The notes beneath the pieces are model-generated. The model saw only the letters and a list, made by a program, of their open reading frames with translations. It did no database searches and was not told where the DNA came from. From positions 248,001-312,000 of the forward strand of contig CM060733.1 in assembly GCA_030704615.1 (NCBI GenBank): a stretch of DNA of 64,000 nt, given 5' to 3'. Source of the stretch: Takakia lepidozioides. Lineage: Eukaryota > Plantae > Bryophyta. Numbering within the stretch: the first letter of the stretch is position 1; every line of letters starts with the position of its first letter. The translations under genes were made by a program, and so were the position numbers. Shown here in pieces: positions 1 to 12,769 of this stretch.

Positions 1-1
1 A

Positions 2-697
2 TTGCCAACTTCACATACAGGAAAGCAGTATCGGGCAGCTGTTGATGCAGCTTTGTTACCTCGAGGAGCAACCTTGACTAGAGTTCTTATCGCTGCTTTG
101 GTTGGAGCACTTCCGGAGTCACGATTGGATGAGGTTTTAGTACTTTCTATCCTTGCCTTGTTTTAATTTATGGTTGATGTCCTTCTCATTATATGAAGGT
201 TGTTCTGTCAGGAAGAGACAGGTGTCAGTGGTGAAATATCACAACTACTCTCTTGTTACCAGCGCACAAGAATAATCATCAATTATGGGTGGTTAGTATG
301 TTTCTTTTTGTTGGTTGCTCTTGTGTTCCCCTAGGCAGGATTCCTGAGCTCAGTTGGTTAGCATTTTCAGTCGTAGATTACAAGCAACTAACTCTTTCGG
401 TTGATAATTTTTGGGCAGGTCATATGCGTGTTGTTGTCACTGGCAAGACTATATGGTCCACAGGTGGCGCGTTGGGCACAGGAAGCCGCAGGGCGGATAC
501 CCTCAAGTGTAGTAACAGACGGAGAGCGGATGAGTTTTTTGCAGGCCATCTCATCAGCTGCTTCAGGGGCAGACTCACCGGCACTCACCAGCTCCATGGA
601 GGAGATTTCAGACGTTTGTCGCCGAAACAAAAAGGTTCTGGAAGCTGTCCAGAGTGCTTTGCAGCCCTTGTACCTCACTTTATCACCTGCTGGCTAG
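2..697 (+). CDS. MOS14: Transportin MOS14 / transportin-SR (TNPO3), last two exons (<2..133, 419..697), 5'-partial
   Basis: Frame from nt 2 reads ...AALLPRGATLTRVLIAALVGALPESRLDE. A GT donor at 134 and CAG acceptor at 418 lead to VICVLLSLARLYG...EEISDVCRRNKKVLEAVQSALQP*, matching the plant MOS14 C-terminus (RGATITRILIA...EELSDVCRRN). Confidence 0.9.
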
Positions 698-1711
698 TCT
701 GGGTACACTGGTGCAATGAAAGGCTGTCTTTTCAATTTCCCTAGAAGTTATTACAGGGTTGTGTAGAAGATGGAGGAAGAAGTGATTGTATCATAGTCTG
801 TGCTTGCTATGCATATGCATGCCTCCAAAGTTGTTGAGAGTTTAGTTACGTTGCAATATGTGCTGTGGATTTCATAAGGGACCCGAGATTCCTGCATGGT
901 TTCGTGGTGTGACCATTCAAGTGAGATTCAGATGCTACTGTGTTGGGCTTCCTCATGTGAGGCACTGGTTGATAAAATTCTATATGCTGGAAACACAAAC
1001 AGGAAGTATCCCTGTTGCATTGCAATCTTATAACTTGGCCATGAGCACAAACGTATTCCTTACTATTTGACATTAGAACATAGCAATATTGTTTATGCAA
1101 ATTGGAGGGGTGATCCTCCCTAGATCTCTATCTCCAGTTTAGTTTGCTTGATGCAGCAAAACTGGACTGACACTAGGCCAATTTAGGATTGACATGAAGG
1201 CCTCTCTGTTTTTCGCTTTCATCATGACTTTCTCTCCAGGGTCACGAGCCCCCAACAGGTAGTAGCTGCAGCTTGACCTCAGATAAGCAGTCTTGTGGGA
1301 ATTGCAAGGGTGATCTTTCAGATTTCTTGCCTCTTCAGTACTACCTGGTCTTTTTGGCTCAGAATGAGCATGCTACACACTTGTGTATCCGGATAAAGTC
1401 CATGTAGTATTTGTGTCTAGGTGACAAACATCATGGATCATTACGCATGGGTCATCCAAACAGATGTGTCAATTCAGAGATTTCCCTTTTCCATTCCCTT
1501 TATCTAACTCAAGTAATGTATAGTAATGTGTTGTCCGCATGGATCGTGCACACCCAACACCACAGGAATTTGCCTCAGCATCCACATCCAGAACTCACAT
1601 AGCCTCGCAAGCAAAGCGCTATCACTCCACCTTCGGAGAATGTCAAGCTCCACATCGTGTGCAACGTCAATCTACTGCACACGTTCGTAGGACGAAGAGT
1701 TGTGAGCCTCG

Positions 1712-1726
1712 ACCCTAAACCCTAAA
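1712..1726 (+). promoter_or_regulatory. Telo-box-like (A)CCCTAAACCCTAAA upstream of QCR10
   Basis: Tandem plant telomeric heptamer ~330 bp upstream of the QCR10 ATG, a common position near plant housekeeping-gene TSSs. Confidence 0.5.
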
Positions 1727-2050
1727 CTGGACCTCTCCTTCCCTTTTGAGAGATGAGCACTCCAGGGATGGGGATGGAAGAAGAAGAAGATCAGCCGGTT
1801 GCAGGTCAACGACCCAGTGACGACTGGCTGCAAAGGGTTTAGTACGGGGTTTCCTAATTTGGCGGCGTTCTAATTTAGAGGCAATTTTGGTGGGACTGCG
1901 GTCTGGTCTCGCAGGAAGGAAGAAGTCGCTCGTTCGCAAGAACTTGCGGAGGAAGACGACGATACACCGTGGGCGAGGGTTTGATCACGCCACGACATTA
2001 AGGCGAGGGCCTATCGTCTGGAGCGTCTTCAAGTGACTATTCGATCAGCC

Positions 2051-2239
2051 ATGGCAGGAAAGCGGGCCAGCTCTGTGTTGATGAACTACATACCCAAGAG
2101 CATGCGACCACAGTCTACGGACATCAGCAGTGGAGTGATGTGGGGAACAACGGCTGTGGTTGGAGCCCTCTGGCTTGTCCAACCCTTTGGATGGATAAAG
2201 GATCAGCTCTCTCCTCCCAAAGAGGAAGACAAGAAATAA
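2051..2239 (+). CDS. QCR10: Cytochrome bc1 complex subunit 10 (UQCR11/QCR10-like), 62 aa, uninterrupted
   Basis: MAGKRASSVLMNYIPKSMRPQSTDISSGVMWGTTAVVGALWLVQPFGWIK carries the plant QCR10 signature DI..A.WG.....GA.W.VQPF.WIK. ATG context is GCCATGG. Confidence 0.88.
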   Translation: MAGKRASSVLMNYIPKSMRPQSTDISSGVMWGTTAVVGALWLVQPFGWIKDQLSPPKEEDKK

Positions 2240-3479
2240 GTTTTGTGTACTCGGGCTTATGGTAGTGTGGATGGCGATGCAGGGAGTCGTCTGGAGAGTA
2301 GGCAACCTTGAAGATGGTGATCAGGTTGTTTCAGTTTTGGAGCCTTAGTGTGGGTAATTGCGCTCATTTCTGAGGAAGGTTTGGAGCCCTATTGATGGGA
2401 ACCAGAGCAGGGAAAGAAGATTCTGATAGGTCCTGTGCATGCCAGGGCTGTGAGTGGTTGTCATCGCTTTGACTCGGTTCTCTCTATTACCTCTCAACTT
2501 AGTTGCTTGTATCTCTGTCCCAAGCAATGTGACAGCACCTATTCTTGTTATCAATCCGAACATCCTTGGATGATCCATTGTCCTCTTAGGTAGATCTCTC
2601 TGAGCTCCTCCTCAACCGATCCATTACTTGCTTGTTTGTTGAGCTTTGGAGTATTTACTATCCTGTGCTTGCTTATGCTATGATCCTATGCAATCTACTG
2701 AATGATTATTTGAACCCCAGAGCAGTATTGAGAAAGGAAATCAAAGGATGTCCCCAAGTTGCGTGGTAAGATTTCCCCAGTTAGATCTGTTAGTGTGTTG
2801 TTTAGAATTTATCACGGAATTCTGGAATCTGGCCTATTTTTTCTACCAATTCCAATAGGCCCGCACTTTTCATAATCTAATCAGTACCGGCCCAGAAAGT
2901 AAATGCTGATAACCAAATTTCTGCTAAGTATGGCCGTCAATTTCTATGTGGAAGTCTAAGGTCCCATATGAGCAATGGCTTATGTGCAGCTGCTCTGGTT
3001 GCAGATCTTTTGTTTGAAAATAGCTCAACTGTTGAGCAGCTTGTTGTGAATAGTACATTCAACTAGAAAGTTTCTCTTAGATGTGGGCTAGCTCCAGTGT
3101 CTATAAGGTGCAACCACAGACAGAAAAGTAGGATTTCCCCTTCCGGTTCTTGTCCAATACAGCTTGCACTTGCAGACATGATTTCTAGGGCTGACAACTG
3201 GCTATGAGTTTGAGCAACTGCAATTGTCTACTTCAAGGGGTAGAGGCAAATTTGACATTAGACATGGTAACTCTTTGAGATTCAGCTTTTGGTACATTGA
3301 TGATGTGTATGTTGGATGAGGTCAACAGTCAAGTTGGAAACCTTAGCAATGGCCTTCACAATTTTACCACCACTGCCCAGCAGAGCAGCCATATGTTGAA
3401 CTACAGACATGTACACACCAACCACTAAATGTTCTCAAGCATCTTTCAAACCTCAGGTCTCAACTTCAAACATGCAACT

Positions 3480-4760
3480 TCAATAGTATCGTTGATTAGA
3501 ACCTGGAGATCTGACAATACTTAGACATATTATCTCTTCTTGAGCTTCATCCAGTGATCTGGCGAACAGTGCCCTCTCCGCCTGGTGTTGCATCGACTCA
3601 GACAATGTCAAATCCTGCGCTGGCTTCCCTTCCGAAGCCCATTTCCGGCGAAGGTCTGGCCTGAACAAAGGATTTTTGGAGACAGACAACGCGGTTGTGA
3701 ATGTAGCCCCCCTTTCACCTGGATTGGGAGGCTCTCTGAGTGTCTTCAGAAACATCTAATGATGCATCGCAGCGCAGTATTAAACATTGGTTTTGTAGGA
3801 AGGGATAATGAACTTCCTGTGAAACTCCGGAGGAAGGGGATTTGAGGGACAGAGCCTGATACTGGTAACAACCGCGGACAGGGCAGAGAACTTCATGTGA
3901 GACCTATGCGAGATAGGTGTCCATAGCCCCTAAGGAAAGCTATGGCCATGGGTCTGCAGTTGGAAGATTTCTGCGTTCTGTGTGTGCCTTTATGGATGTG
4001 CTATTCTCCCACGGAAAATGGTGAGGCTCCAATTTCCAATGTATGTCATTGCTTGGGAAGGGGGAGATGAGAGTGTCAAGACGGTTTCATACAGAAGCTG
4101 GCATCCAACTGGGAGTAATTGTATCGCGACGGCTGGCAAGTATAATTATGGAAATGCTTGAGACTTCTGAATACACCAACGCCTCTGTATCTCGCAGACA
4201 AATTTTCTCCCTCCAGGCACCCAATTTTTCTTCTCTGAGATGCAGGAGTGCAAGTAAAGCCTCAAATTTGTCAGCAAGACAGTCATTGCTCAGAATGTCA
4301 CAATTTGCAAGTTCCTGTTTGTTTGAATGGTCACCATATCATGCAGTATCCAGGAAAAGAGGCTCATGTGACTCCCTGAGGAAAGTAACAAGTGCTGCAA
4401 AGGGCTTTTTGTGTGCTCTACCACATGAATCTCTGTGATTCAGGCACCTACCAGGGATTAGGTATCTAGAAGTAGTTGCAGGTATCACTTCTCACCCTTC
4501 TATTCATGGGTGAGGGCTTGGTTATCCAGGACCTCCTTCTGCTCTGAAATCATGAGCGGGAATGAATGGCAGAGAGGGTAGCAAACAGTGGTACCTTACA
4601 TACATCTCACAGCTCTTGCATCTCCAAATGGACCAATTCCTCCTATCCAGTAAGGTTGCTCACATTGCGTTGCGGGTACTGCAGTTTCTTACCAGAATCT
4701 TGTGTTTCAACTGTGCAGAGCTTTGGCCTGCAGGGTGTTTGCTGAAGTGTGAGGTCTACT
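3480..4760 (-). pseudogene. Degenerate, stop-interrupted coding-like remnant of unknown identity (possibly TE-derived)
   Basis: Minus-strand protein-like segments (KPFAALVTFLRESHEPLFLDTA*...DKFEALLALLHLREEKLGAWREKICLRD; LFRPDLRRKWASEGK...ERALFARSLDEAQEE) broken by stops. No family recognised. Confidence 0.3.
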
Positions 4761-6617
4761 TGCACAGTGTTAGGTGTTACCAGGTTCTATAATCTGCATA
4801 GTCTTAATGTTGGGTGCAGGTGTGTCAATACTGCCAATGACCTTTTCCTTTATGAGAGAGTATTGGATGCTCTGTACCGGCACATTATTTTAGCACTTGA
4901 AAACCACTGTCGGTTCTTGTTTGTTGACAGTTTTAAGCCTCTGCAGCAGTTGGTAATGGCGCCCCTTACAGTAAACAGGATGCGAAGATTGGACTGATTT
5001 AAATTGGACACTGTTTTTGGACGATGAGTTGTTGGAAAACATAGTGGAAAGGGCGTGTGCTGGAAAGGGAGCCCACAATTGCTACTCCACTGGACTTAGA
5101 AGCAGTGATTACACTGCAATATAGTCTGGTAGAAGTGAGAGATCCATGGGTTGAAGGAGAATATGCATGGGGACCTGTGATAGAACCGGTATATCATCCA
5201 TGTAGATCATCCATACATATGTAGATCATCCATGTATGATCCACTGTAAGTGTTTATCTATCTACCATAGACTCTCCTGGGTTTTACAGGTAATCTGGAT
5301 TGTAATGGACGGACTAGCTCAAGAAGCATCAAGTATAAAAACTTTTCAAATTCTGCTGCTTGCTATCAACAGTTGGACTTTTTGCACATTTGTGGAGAGC
5401 CACTAGGACACTATTTGTACTCAGAAGTCATAACTGTGACTGCTCATGAGCATTAGACAGATGGGTACATAGTACCGTGAGTGATGGCCATTCTGCCCAC
5501 ACACATTGAGCATCCACACTCTAGCCTCCCTCCCTCTGTCCCTCATCATTTCCCCTCTTTTGCTGTAGGGTGCGAGGTCTATGGCCAAAAGGCTACTGCA
5601 ATAATTGCTCATAAGTACATTTTTCCCTCTTCAACTGGCTCCTCCCTCGCTGACTCTTATTGCTGTGGTGTGATTTCTGGAACTCCAAAGACTTTTGAAT
5701 GGATCAAACAAGATCTTTCAAGAAGAATAAAATAGGCCAACCCAGCAAACACTTATGCAGGACAGTCATGCATTCAAATATGATTATATAGAGTTGAAAA
5801 CTAGTGCACGAGTTCCAAGCAGATGATGGGACAGAGATTGAACCTTTACATTGTCAAGCACTAACACATATGTGAGAGAGGCTGACTACACTTTGCCTTT
5901 AACCGTAACTAGGACAATCAGTAGAAGCAGAAAGAGGAAGATTTCATAGACTGCAGCTAGAAGAAAGTTTTAAAGAACAGTTTCAGAACAGTTTCATGCC
6001 CTGCAGAGACCACAGCCACTTCAAGAGCTCTTGTACAAGAATCCAGCAAATTAAATACGATGCATGTGTGACAACCAGCATGCAAGAGTCTACGAGTAGT
6101 GCACACAACATTCGTTTTCTTATTGCTGCTGAGCTCTCACACTGAGTTGTGCAGGACGTTTTCCAAACTATTTGGAGAACTGATCTCAACAGGAAGCTCT
6201 TAAATCGAAGCACTGTCAGTGATTGTAGACAGGAACCATGAAATTGCCACATAACGCAAACACCATCATTCTGATGTCTCCTTCCATGATCTTGTGTAGA
6301 CATATATACATCCAAAGTGCTCTAATAAGGATGGCGGCAGGATCCGTGAAGGCCCAAATGTTTTTACCACGAGTGTTTTCCGATCCTTAAATAGTTAATG
6401 AGGCTCAAGTGAGTGCCTTCATTTATGTGATGCACAGATCCTGCATGACAAGATGGAAGTTACATCCCTCCCAAGGAAAGATTACCTTCACATTGGGAGT
6501 GTTGAGAACCTCCGTTGCCTTGTGTTATACATGTCTGATAATAAGGCTCCTTGAAGCCTAGAGCGCTGTTGTAGCCCAAACTGGTCACCCCTTGCACTCT
6601 GCCCCTATTCTGCACCC

Positions 6618-7322
6618 TTACTTTTTAGATCTACGAGGTTTTTTGGAACCCCAAGCTTCAAATCGAGCTGCAGGGCATCCACAGGGTGCCCGAAAAATGA
6701 GGACAGCTCGTCCATTAACGGGCGCCATCCTTCGGAGCTCTGCCTCCAGCTCCTTCTGATCATGCCCAATTTCCATACCCCCATTCCAGGGCAGCTCTTC
6801 TGCCACTGGTAGCGCTGCCCTCAAACATTGCTCTGTCTCAACCTGGATATCCAACTCTGTGGACTTCCGGAGGCCACGACAATGTGGATTATCACACCGT
6901 CGTGACTTATATTGATAAACCTCCCAAGCGCCTATGACAGCTATGAACATAAATAATGCTCCTGATGCATATGCCACAGGAGCTTGATACACCACCTCTC
7001 CAATCATCAGAAAGGTTGCTGGGAGAAGTTCCCCCACTTCGCGAGATACATACTTAAAGTAGGGGGTGAAGAGGAAGCCACATGCACCTAGAACAAGGAT
7101 TAGGATGATAATGTCGATAGCCGCTGCAGAAGATTGGTCACATAGAGGAGGAGAAGAGGCCTGTAAAGGTGGGATTTGCTTCCTTGGGCGTTGGTGATGC
7201 TGATGCTGGTGTCGTTGGGGGTGTATCATCGCCAGCTGATCAGTGAGTGTAAGTGAGTTGGCCATGTTGCGGTGGTCCTCCAGCGCCCTGCACACTGATG
7301 CCAAGCTCCGACACTCCACCAT
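6618..7322 (-). CDS. At5g19025-like two-TM protein ('ribosomal protein L34e superfamily' annotation), single coding exon
   Basis: ATG at 7322 gives MVECRSLASVCRALEDHRNMANS, then PLCDQSSAAAIDIIILILVLGACGFL, RRCDNPHCRGLRK..LDIQVETEQCL and ELEAELRRMAPVNGRAVLIFRAPCGCP, all family hallmarks. Confidence 0.88.
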   Translation of the reverse strand: MVECRSLASVCRALEDHRNMANSLTLTDQLAMIHPQRHQHQHHQRPRKQIPPLQASSPPLCDQSSAAAIDIIILILVLGACGFLFTPYFKYVSREVGELLPATFLMIGEVVYQAPVAYASGALFMFIAVIGAWEVYQYKSRRCDNPHCRGLRKSTELDIQVETEQCLRAALPVAEELPWNGGMEIGHDQKELEAELRRMAPVNGRAVLIFRAPCGCPAARFEAWGSKKPRRSKK

Positions 7323-10300
7323 CCCAAACAAAAATTCTGTGTGTATAGCACCCAGAGTGACCACTTCGTAAAGGGATCGCAGTCAACGAAGGTGGATGAT
7401 GATGAATTCACATAACAAGGAATCAGATTTGCCAGTTACACCTGCGGCGAATTTCAACAAATCAAAGGATCGGCTTAGGGTTAAATCCAACAAAGATGGA
7501 AGTGCACAGTGAAATGTGTAGATTGCGATCTTAATTGCGATCTGATTCATGCGAATCCAACTATCCGTCCCGCTTCCTCGTGACTCTATTTCTGCGTGCT
7601 ACGAGTCTGTCTCTATCGATATACCGCTGCGTCCCTGTTTGAATGTTTTCTGGACAGTTTTGCCTTCCGATGCATAGGTGAAGAAGGGTCGCATCCCTGT
7701 ACTGCATCCTGTATTTACCCTAGCCGCTGGATTTGAGAACAACACAACTTTCTCTGCACAAAAGCTGGCTCCGTGTGTATCCCTGGGGAATCAACCTCAC
7801 TCCAAGATGCCCAATCACGAATCGCGTGTGTCTCTCCCATGCTCAAAGCATCGGGGATGTAAATTCTCGCAAAGAAGGACTGAAAGATGTACACAATGAA
7901 ACAATTTCTTAAGGATCGCAGTTCAATTGGTCACCGATAATCCATGACCCTTATAAACACATATACTTGCATGAATTGAGAGAGATCCAACGGCAAGACC
8001 ATCTCAAAACCAAACATCTGGGAAAGCCCACTACAGATCTGACCGAAACATATTCAGACAACATCATGCTAAACTATTACCTTGCAAAAGCGGGAGGCCA
8101 GACCCACGCGCATACCAAAACACCCACAAATTGCACGGCGAGATGCCCAATTTCGCCTGCAGATGACGCAGACACACTTATCCAGGATAAAGGCAGCGAT
8201 CCAGCGCAAGGAGCAAAGGAAATGCAAGGTTGCCAGATCCACAAGACAGAGCTTCGCCCAAGAAGTGAGAAGACAATCTCCGCACCCAAAAGTGCAAATT
8301 AGGCAAGCAGATGTAAGGGGAGAGGAGAGGGTTAGGGGCATCGGCAGAAAGAGAGAGTAGGAAACAAGGCTGGGCAGGGTAATAAAGAAGGGATTTTGTT
8401 TTTGCAGTCAAGGAACCTTGAAGAAGAGAAGAGAAGAGAAGCAGCAGTTTCCACCTAGCCCGGTCTTACACGCATGCGCATGATCGCCCAGACTCTCACA
8501 ACACTGTGAGAGTCCTTTGTCTGCACTGCACTGCAGACATGCTTTGCTTTATTGCTACTTTTTGTTGGCTTCTTTCATCCTGCCTCATTTTTTTTCATCA
8601 CTTGCCCATTCCTCTTGTGGATACTGGATACCCATTCTCATCCCATTATGTTCACTCAACTTTTTTTGGGCCTTGGGTTAAAAAGAGGTTCCATCACTGG
8701 TGATATCGCTTTGTCGGAGATCACCGCCACTAATTTATGGGTTCAGATGGCAGTTGCATTTAGGAGGAGGAAAACCTACTTCTACGAAATTGCGATCAAC
8801 AATTCATGAATGACCAAGTTAAGCAAACAATCAAGCCGGCTTCAACTTCGGGACTTTGATTCGGAATCTGACCTTCCGCAGTTTCCTAACATGATCAGAC
8901 GTAAGGTACAATCAGCAGGCAGGTGTGAACATGCAATTGGTCGATGTTGCGCACATCGAACTCTCAGTAGGTGGGCCTGCCTCTGGCATGCCGATCATTC
9001 TGTGTAGCGGACAACCGAGAGGGCCCACCCACATTTTGAGTCAAGAGGGATGCTGCCACGATCACCCATTCCAAACTACATGAGGCCCACCCACATTAAA
9101 AAAACATTTGGACTTCTCACACTTTGTTCTCACATATGCCATGGCATCTCTTTGACCGTTTGTCCATTCCTCGAGGATCAAAGGGGGGAAAAAAGGTGGG
9201 TGCAAGACCGTCTGAAATGGGTGCAAGACAGAAGAAACTCATAAACACAAGACGTTGAAAGGAATGCGGGCAGGCTAGTGCAAGGAAGGCGATGAAGGTT
9301 TGTATGGGTGCGTAATGATGTACTTTGGTGGGTGACCATTATGATGTAAACCAGATCATAGCTGCATTATTCATCACATGCTCCTCTTGTGAGCTTCCCT
9401 GGTGTTTCATGTTTTAGACAAGATGGTATCACTCAATGATATCGAATGCGTGTCACTCACCTACTACCAGAGGAGTCCTTCAGAAAAACTGGCAACAAAA
9501 ACTGATTACTTACTAAGTTGTAAATCATGCGAAGCGGGCGGCTCAACGTCAATAAAAATTGAGAATGGATAACTCAGACTGTAGCATTGATGCAAACTAG
9601 GGAGGTAGTACTGCGTGCAGCAGGTTGCATGCTGAGGTTGTCATGATCCGGCCAAGTATGTACGGGGATCGTACGGGTTGAATGTTCACAAACCTGCCTT
9701 CCTCTCTCACCTATCATTGTCCAACTGTTGATTCTAGCACTTTGATCACCAAAACGTCAACTCTTGATTAGTTGGGGCTTCCATCACCCAAACGTCTTTC
9801 TCTACCATCTTATTTCTGCTGTTGAGCACTGCGTTCATAACTTCATCATCGTCGTACACGTCGTCGTCGTCGTTGTAGTACATAGTGAGGTTGGGTTGAA
9901 TCTAGAGTTTGGAAGTGAGGTTGGCTTACGATTGTACGTTGTCAGCGATAATCGTCCACGACATTGGCTGCTTTTCTTGGTACAAACTACAAACATGGCT
10001 TTTCTTTGGGAAGGGAGAGTTTGCGGGAAGTGGGTAGGGTGACCTCAAGTGCACAGTGAGTGAGCGAGCGTTACAAACGGCAGTCGTTGTGTTCATCTTC
10101 GCTGCCTCAATGAAGCTGCTACCTACCTCCCTTTGGGGGTCTCTTGCTTAAATTATATGAGAACAATGATGGGCAAAATAAAAGAAGGAAAACCTGAGGA
10201 ATAATGTAAGAACTGAATGCAGGCGTGCGATCTGACGGTACTTTCGTGGGATTCAGGCAGCCTCCGCTTCTCTGGGATCCCCCTGTCAAAAATCCTTCCC

Positions 10301-10967
10301 ACTCCCTTTATGTTGGACTCACTGTTACTTACCAGAATGCGGATGTTCGCTGTGCAGCGACTACACAGTTGTCTGTTGGTAAGGCGATGACGACAGTTCG
10401 ATTGTTGAGGGATGTCCATGTCACCCCGGATGATGTCCACCCATTGCGTGTCACCCCCATCTGTGTCGAAATGGGGGCGATTCGAAATGCAGGCATTAAA
10501 CTGAGATTGCAAGTGTGGATATATTTCTCATATAATTCCTAACTACTTCATGTATTGTTTAAATACTTGGAGCATATATTGGAATTTGGTTTTAGGGTGG
10601 ACGCACCGGTGGAGCAACAAGTTGGTAAATCTCAGTAACTTTTTGTACTTTTAACCTTTGAGGTCATGTAACACCTTAATAGAAAGGGCTTTATATAGGA
10701 TGGCAGATTTCTTTAGTTGAAAGTTTAATAACATGCAATTTTCCACAGTTAAAAGTCATTTTCCACAAAAGAAGAGAAAATCCCTACCAAATGGGAAAAG
10801 CAGCAGCCAGTTACATGCTAGCCGAGTGGTTTCCAGGAATCTCCGAATGATAAATGAAACCTCAGGAAATGGAACAGAGGGAAAAAATGGCGGAAGAGGA
10901 AATCAACCGGGTGCGCTGCTTTTAGGAAGGATATTTGCCTTTCCATTTCATTACAGACAGGAAATAT

Positions 10968-11047
10968 GGCTTAGTTGGCAAGGCATCCGAAATCGAAGGC
11001 CTTGCCAACTAAGCCAGTTGGGACTTCCAGAGCTTAGTTGGCAAGGC
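10968..11047. repeat. Perfect 17-bp inverted repeat plus a third (16-bp) copy
   Basis: GGCTTAGTTGGCAAGGC (10968-10984) pairs with GCCTTGCCAACTAAGCC (10999-11015) around a 14-nt loop. A further copy lies at 11032-11047. Confidence 0.85.
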
Positions 11048-12769
11048 CTCCGATTCCGGCCCTTCTCCGACTGTTGAAGTCCGCCACATGGCGGAAATCA
11101 GAACAATTTTCAATCGAGTTGATTTACCTGTAGAGTAACTTTATGCAATCGTAGATGCTAACTTAGTCTGCATCTGCCATGTCATGGCTACACTTGTAAT
11201 CTCTCTAATCCCTGCCATCACACCCACGCACCGGCTGATATCAATGCCAGATGGCAGAAAGAGACTCCCGTAATTTGCTGGCTGTATTTACTTGGGAGGC
11301 GGCCACGGTACCGATTCCTTGGGTCAGAGGAGAGCTCAGCCACGCTTAGTTACTAAAGAGCAGGGCCCAAGCAGCTACCTACACGAAGACGAGGGACAGC
11401 CGGCGCCCATAAATTCACAGAGCCACTTCTAAAACAAGTGACCCAGTCACCCTAGTTTAATGCCTCGCCCCAAGGGTCCCGCCACAAATCCAGGCATTGA
11501 CTTGCGATTTTTCAACTGCGTGGGAAGTAGGTGAAGCTGGGCTGCTGTGCAGTTCATCTTGACTCTTGAACCAAAACAGGAAAGCTAATTTTGCTGGGTC
11601 CAAAGGAAAAGGCCACGATCATCGATCTGTTGGACGAAACATCTTGATGCTCATCTTCCACTTCATTCTGTTCTACGAGACGGAATCACGTTGGTGGGCT
11701 GAGCTGATGACATCAGGGAGAATGCTCCGTGTAGGATTTGGAACTGATGCCAGGAACACAAAAAGATAGAAGGCTATCTCACATGACTCAGTCAATCCAC
11801 AGAATTTTCTACAGACGGGCCGATCAAAACTAAACGTTCGATCAACCTGACTTCTCTTCGAGTGGGGATGAAACAACATGGCTACGAGACTCGCAGGTCA
11901 CCCTGCACAACCACGCTTAGGGGTGCCTGGCATGCCAAGGGGAAACTAGTCTCCCTAGAAGGGGTGAGAAAGATGATCTGTTGCCCACGATTTGAACTCG
12001 TCATTTGATCGGTGCCTTAACAATTGACACTGCTGAGAAACATGTATGTAAAGCTCCATCATCCACGCTGTGAAAGGAAACCACACTTAACATACATCCA
12101 CACATGCCTAACTTCCAGCCTCTTCCCAAATCTTGCTTAATCTCTACAAATTTCTCTGGAACAGACAAGGGTTATTGCCTTAATCATTATTGCTCAGCAG
12201 ATGAACATGTCTAGAGCAACAAATGCAGCAAGGAATGACTGTGTGAGAGAACCTCCATGAAAGGGTCTCGATCATACAGTTGACAATGCTTCCCAAATTT
12301 TATGCCACTCAAAAACTGAGGAATGTAGACTCTTAACAGCTCTTAACTAACTAAAATTGAGACCCTTCCCTTTGGTCAGGAATTCATTGAAGTCTACCAC
12401 CCCACTGCAGCCTTCAGCTGAGGACCTAGAAATAACAACTCAAATTCTACTGTTCATGAAGCTCTTATTGTAGTATTCATCTTTGCAACCTACTCCCTCA
12501 GGGCCAGAGGATTGCCTCAACCCAAAATTGACCACTCCTATGTACTCTTTAACTGTGAGCACATACCAAGTTCAAGAGCAGAAACAATGTGTTCTATATG
12601 CCTTTAATACTTTTCTAAGCAAGCAAAAATTGACCACTCAGATCGACTGAGGATTGACTTACAAAATAGGTTTGATCTCATCAAAAGGTCATCATTCAAG
12701 TGTTGGATCTAATGCTTATAACCGCCAGTTCCGATGTCGTGACATCCAAGGGACATGGGACCACGCTGC

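Noticed and set aside
5177-5370. Solo LTR (TGTGATAG...CTATCAACA)
   Set aside because: The termini are suggestive, but flanks GGACC/GTTGG give no TSD and there is no second copy in the window.
6618-7364. A genuine ribosomal protein L34, or a start at GTG 7364
   Set aside because: The protein has two TM helices and matches the At5g19025-like family. The first ATG (7322) gives the conserved N-terminus.
11975-12030. tRNA gene or tRNA-derived SINE (B-box-like GAGTTCAAATC on the minus strand)
   Set aside because: No cloverleaf, A-box or TSD could be supported.
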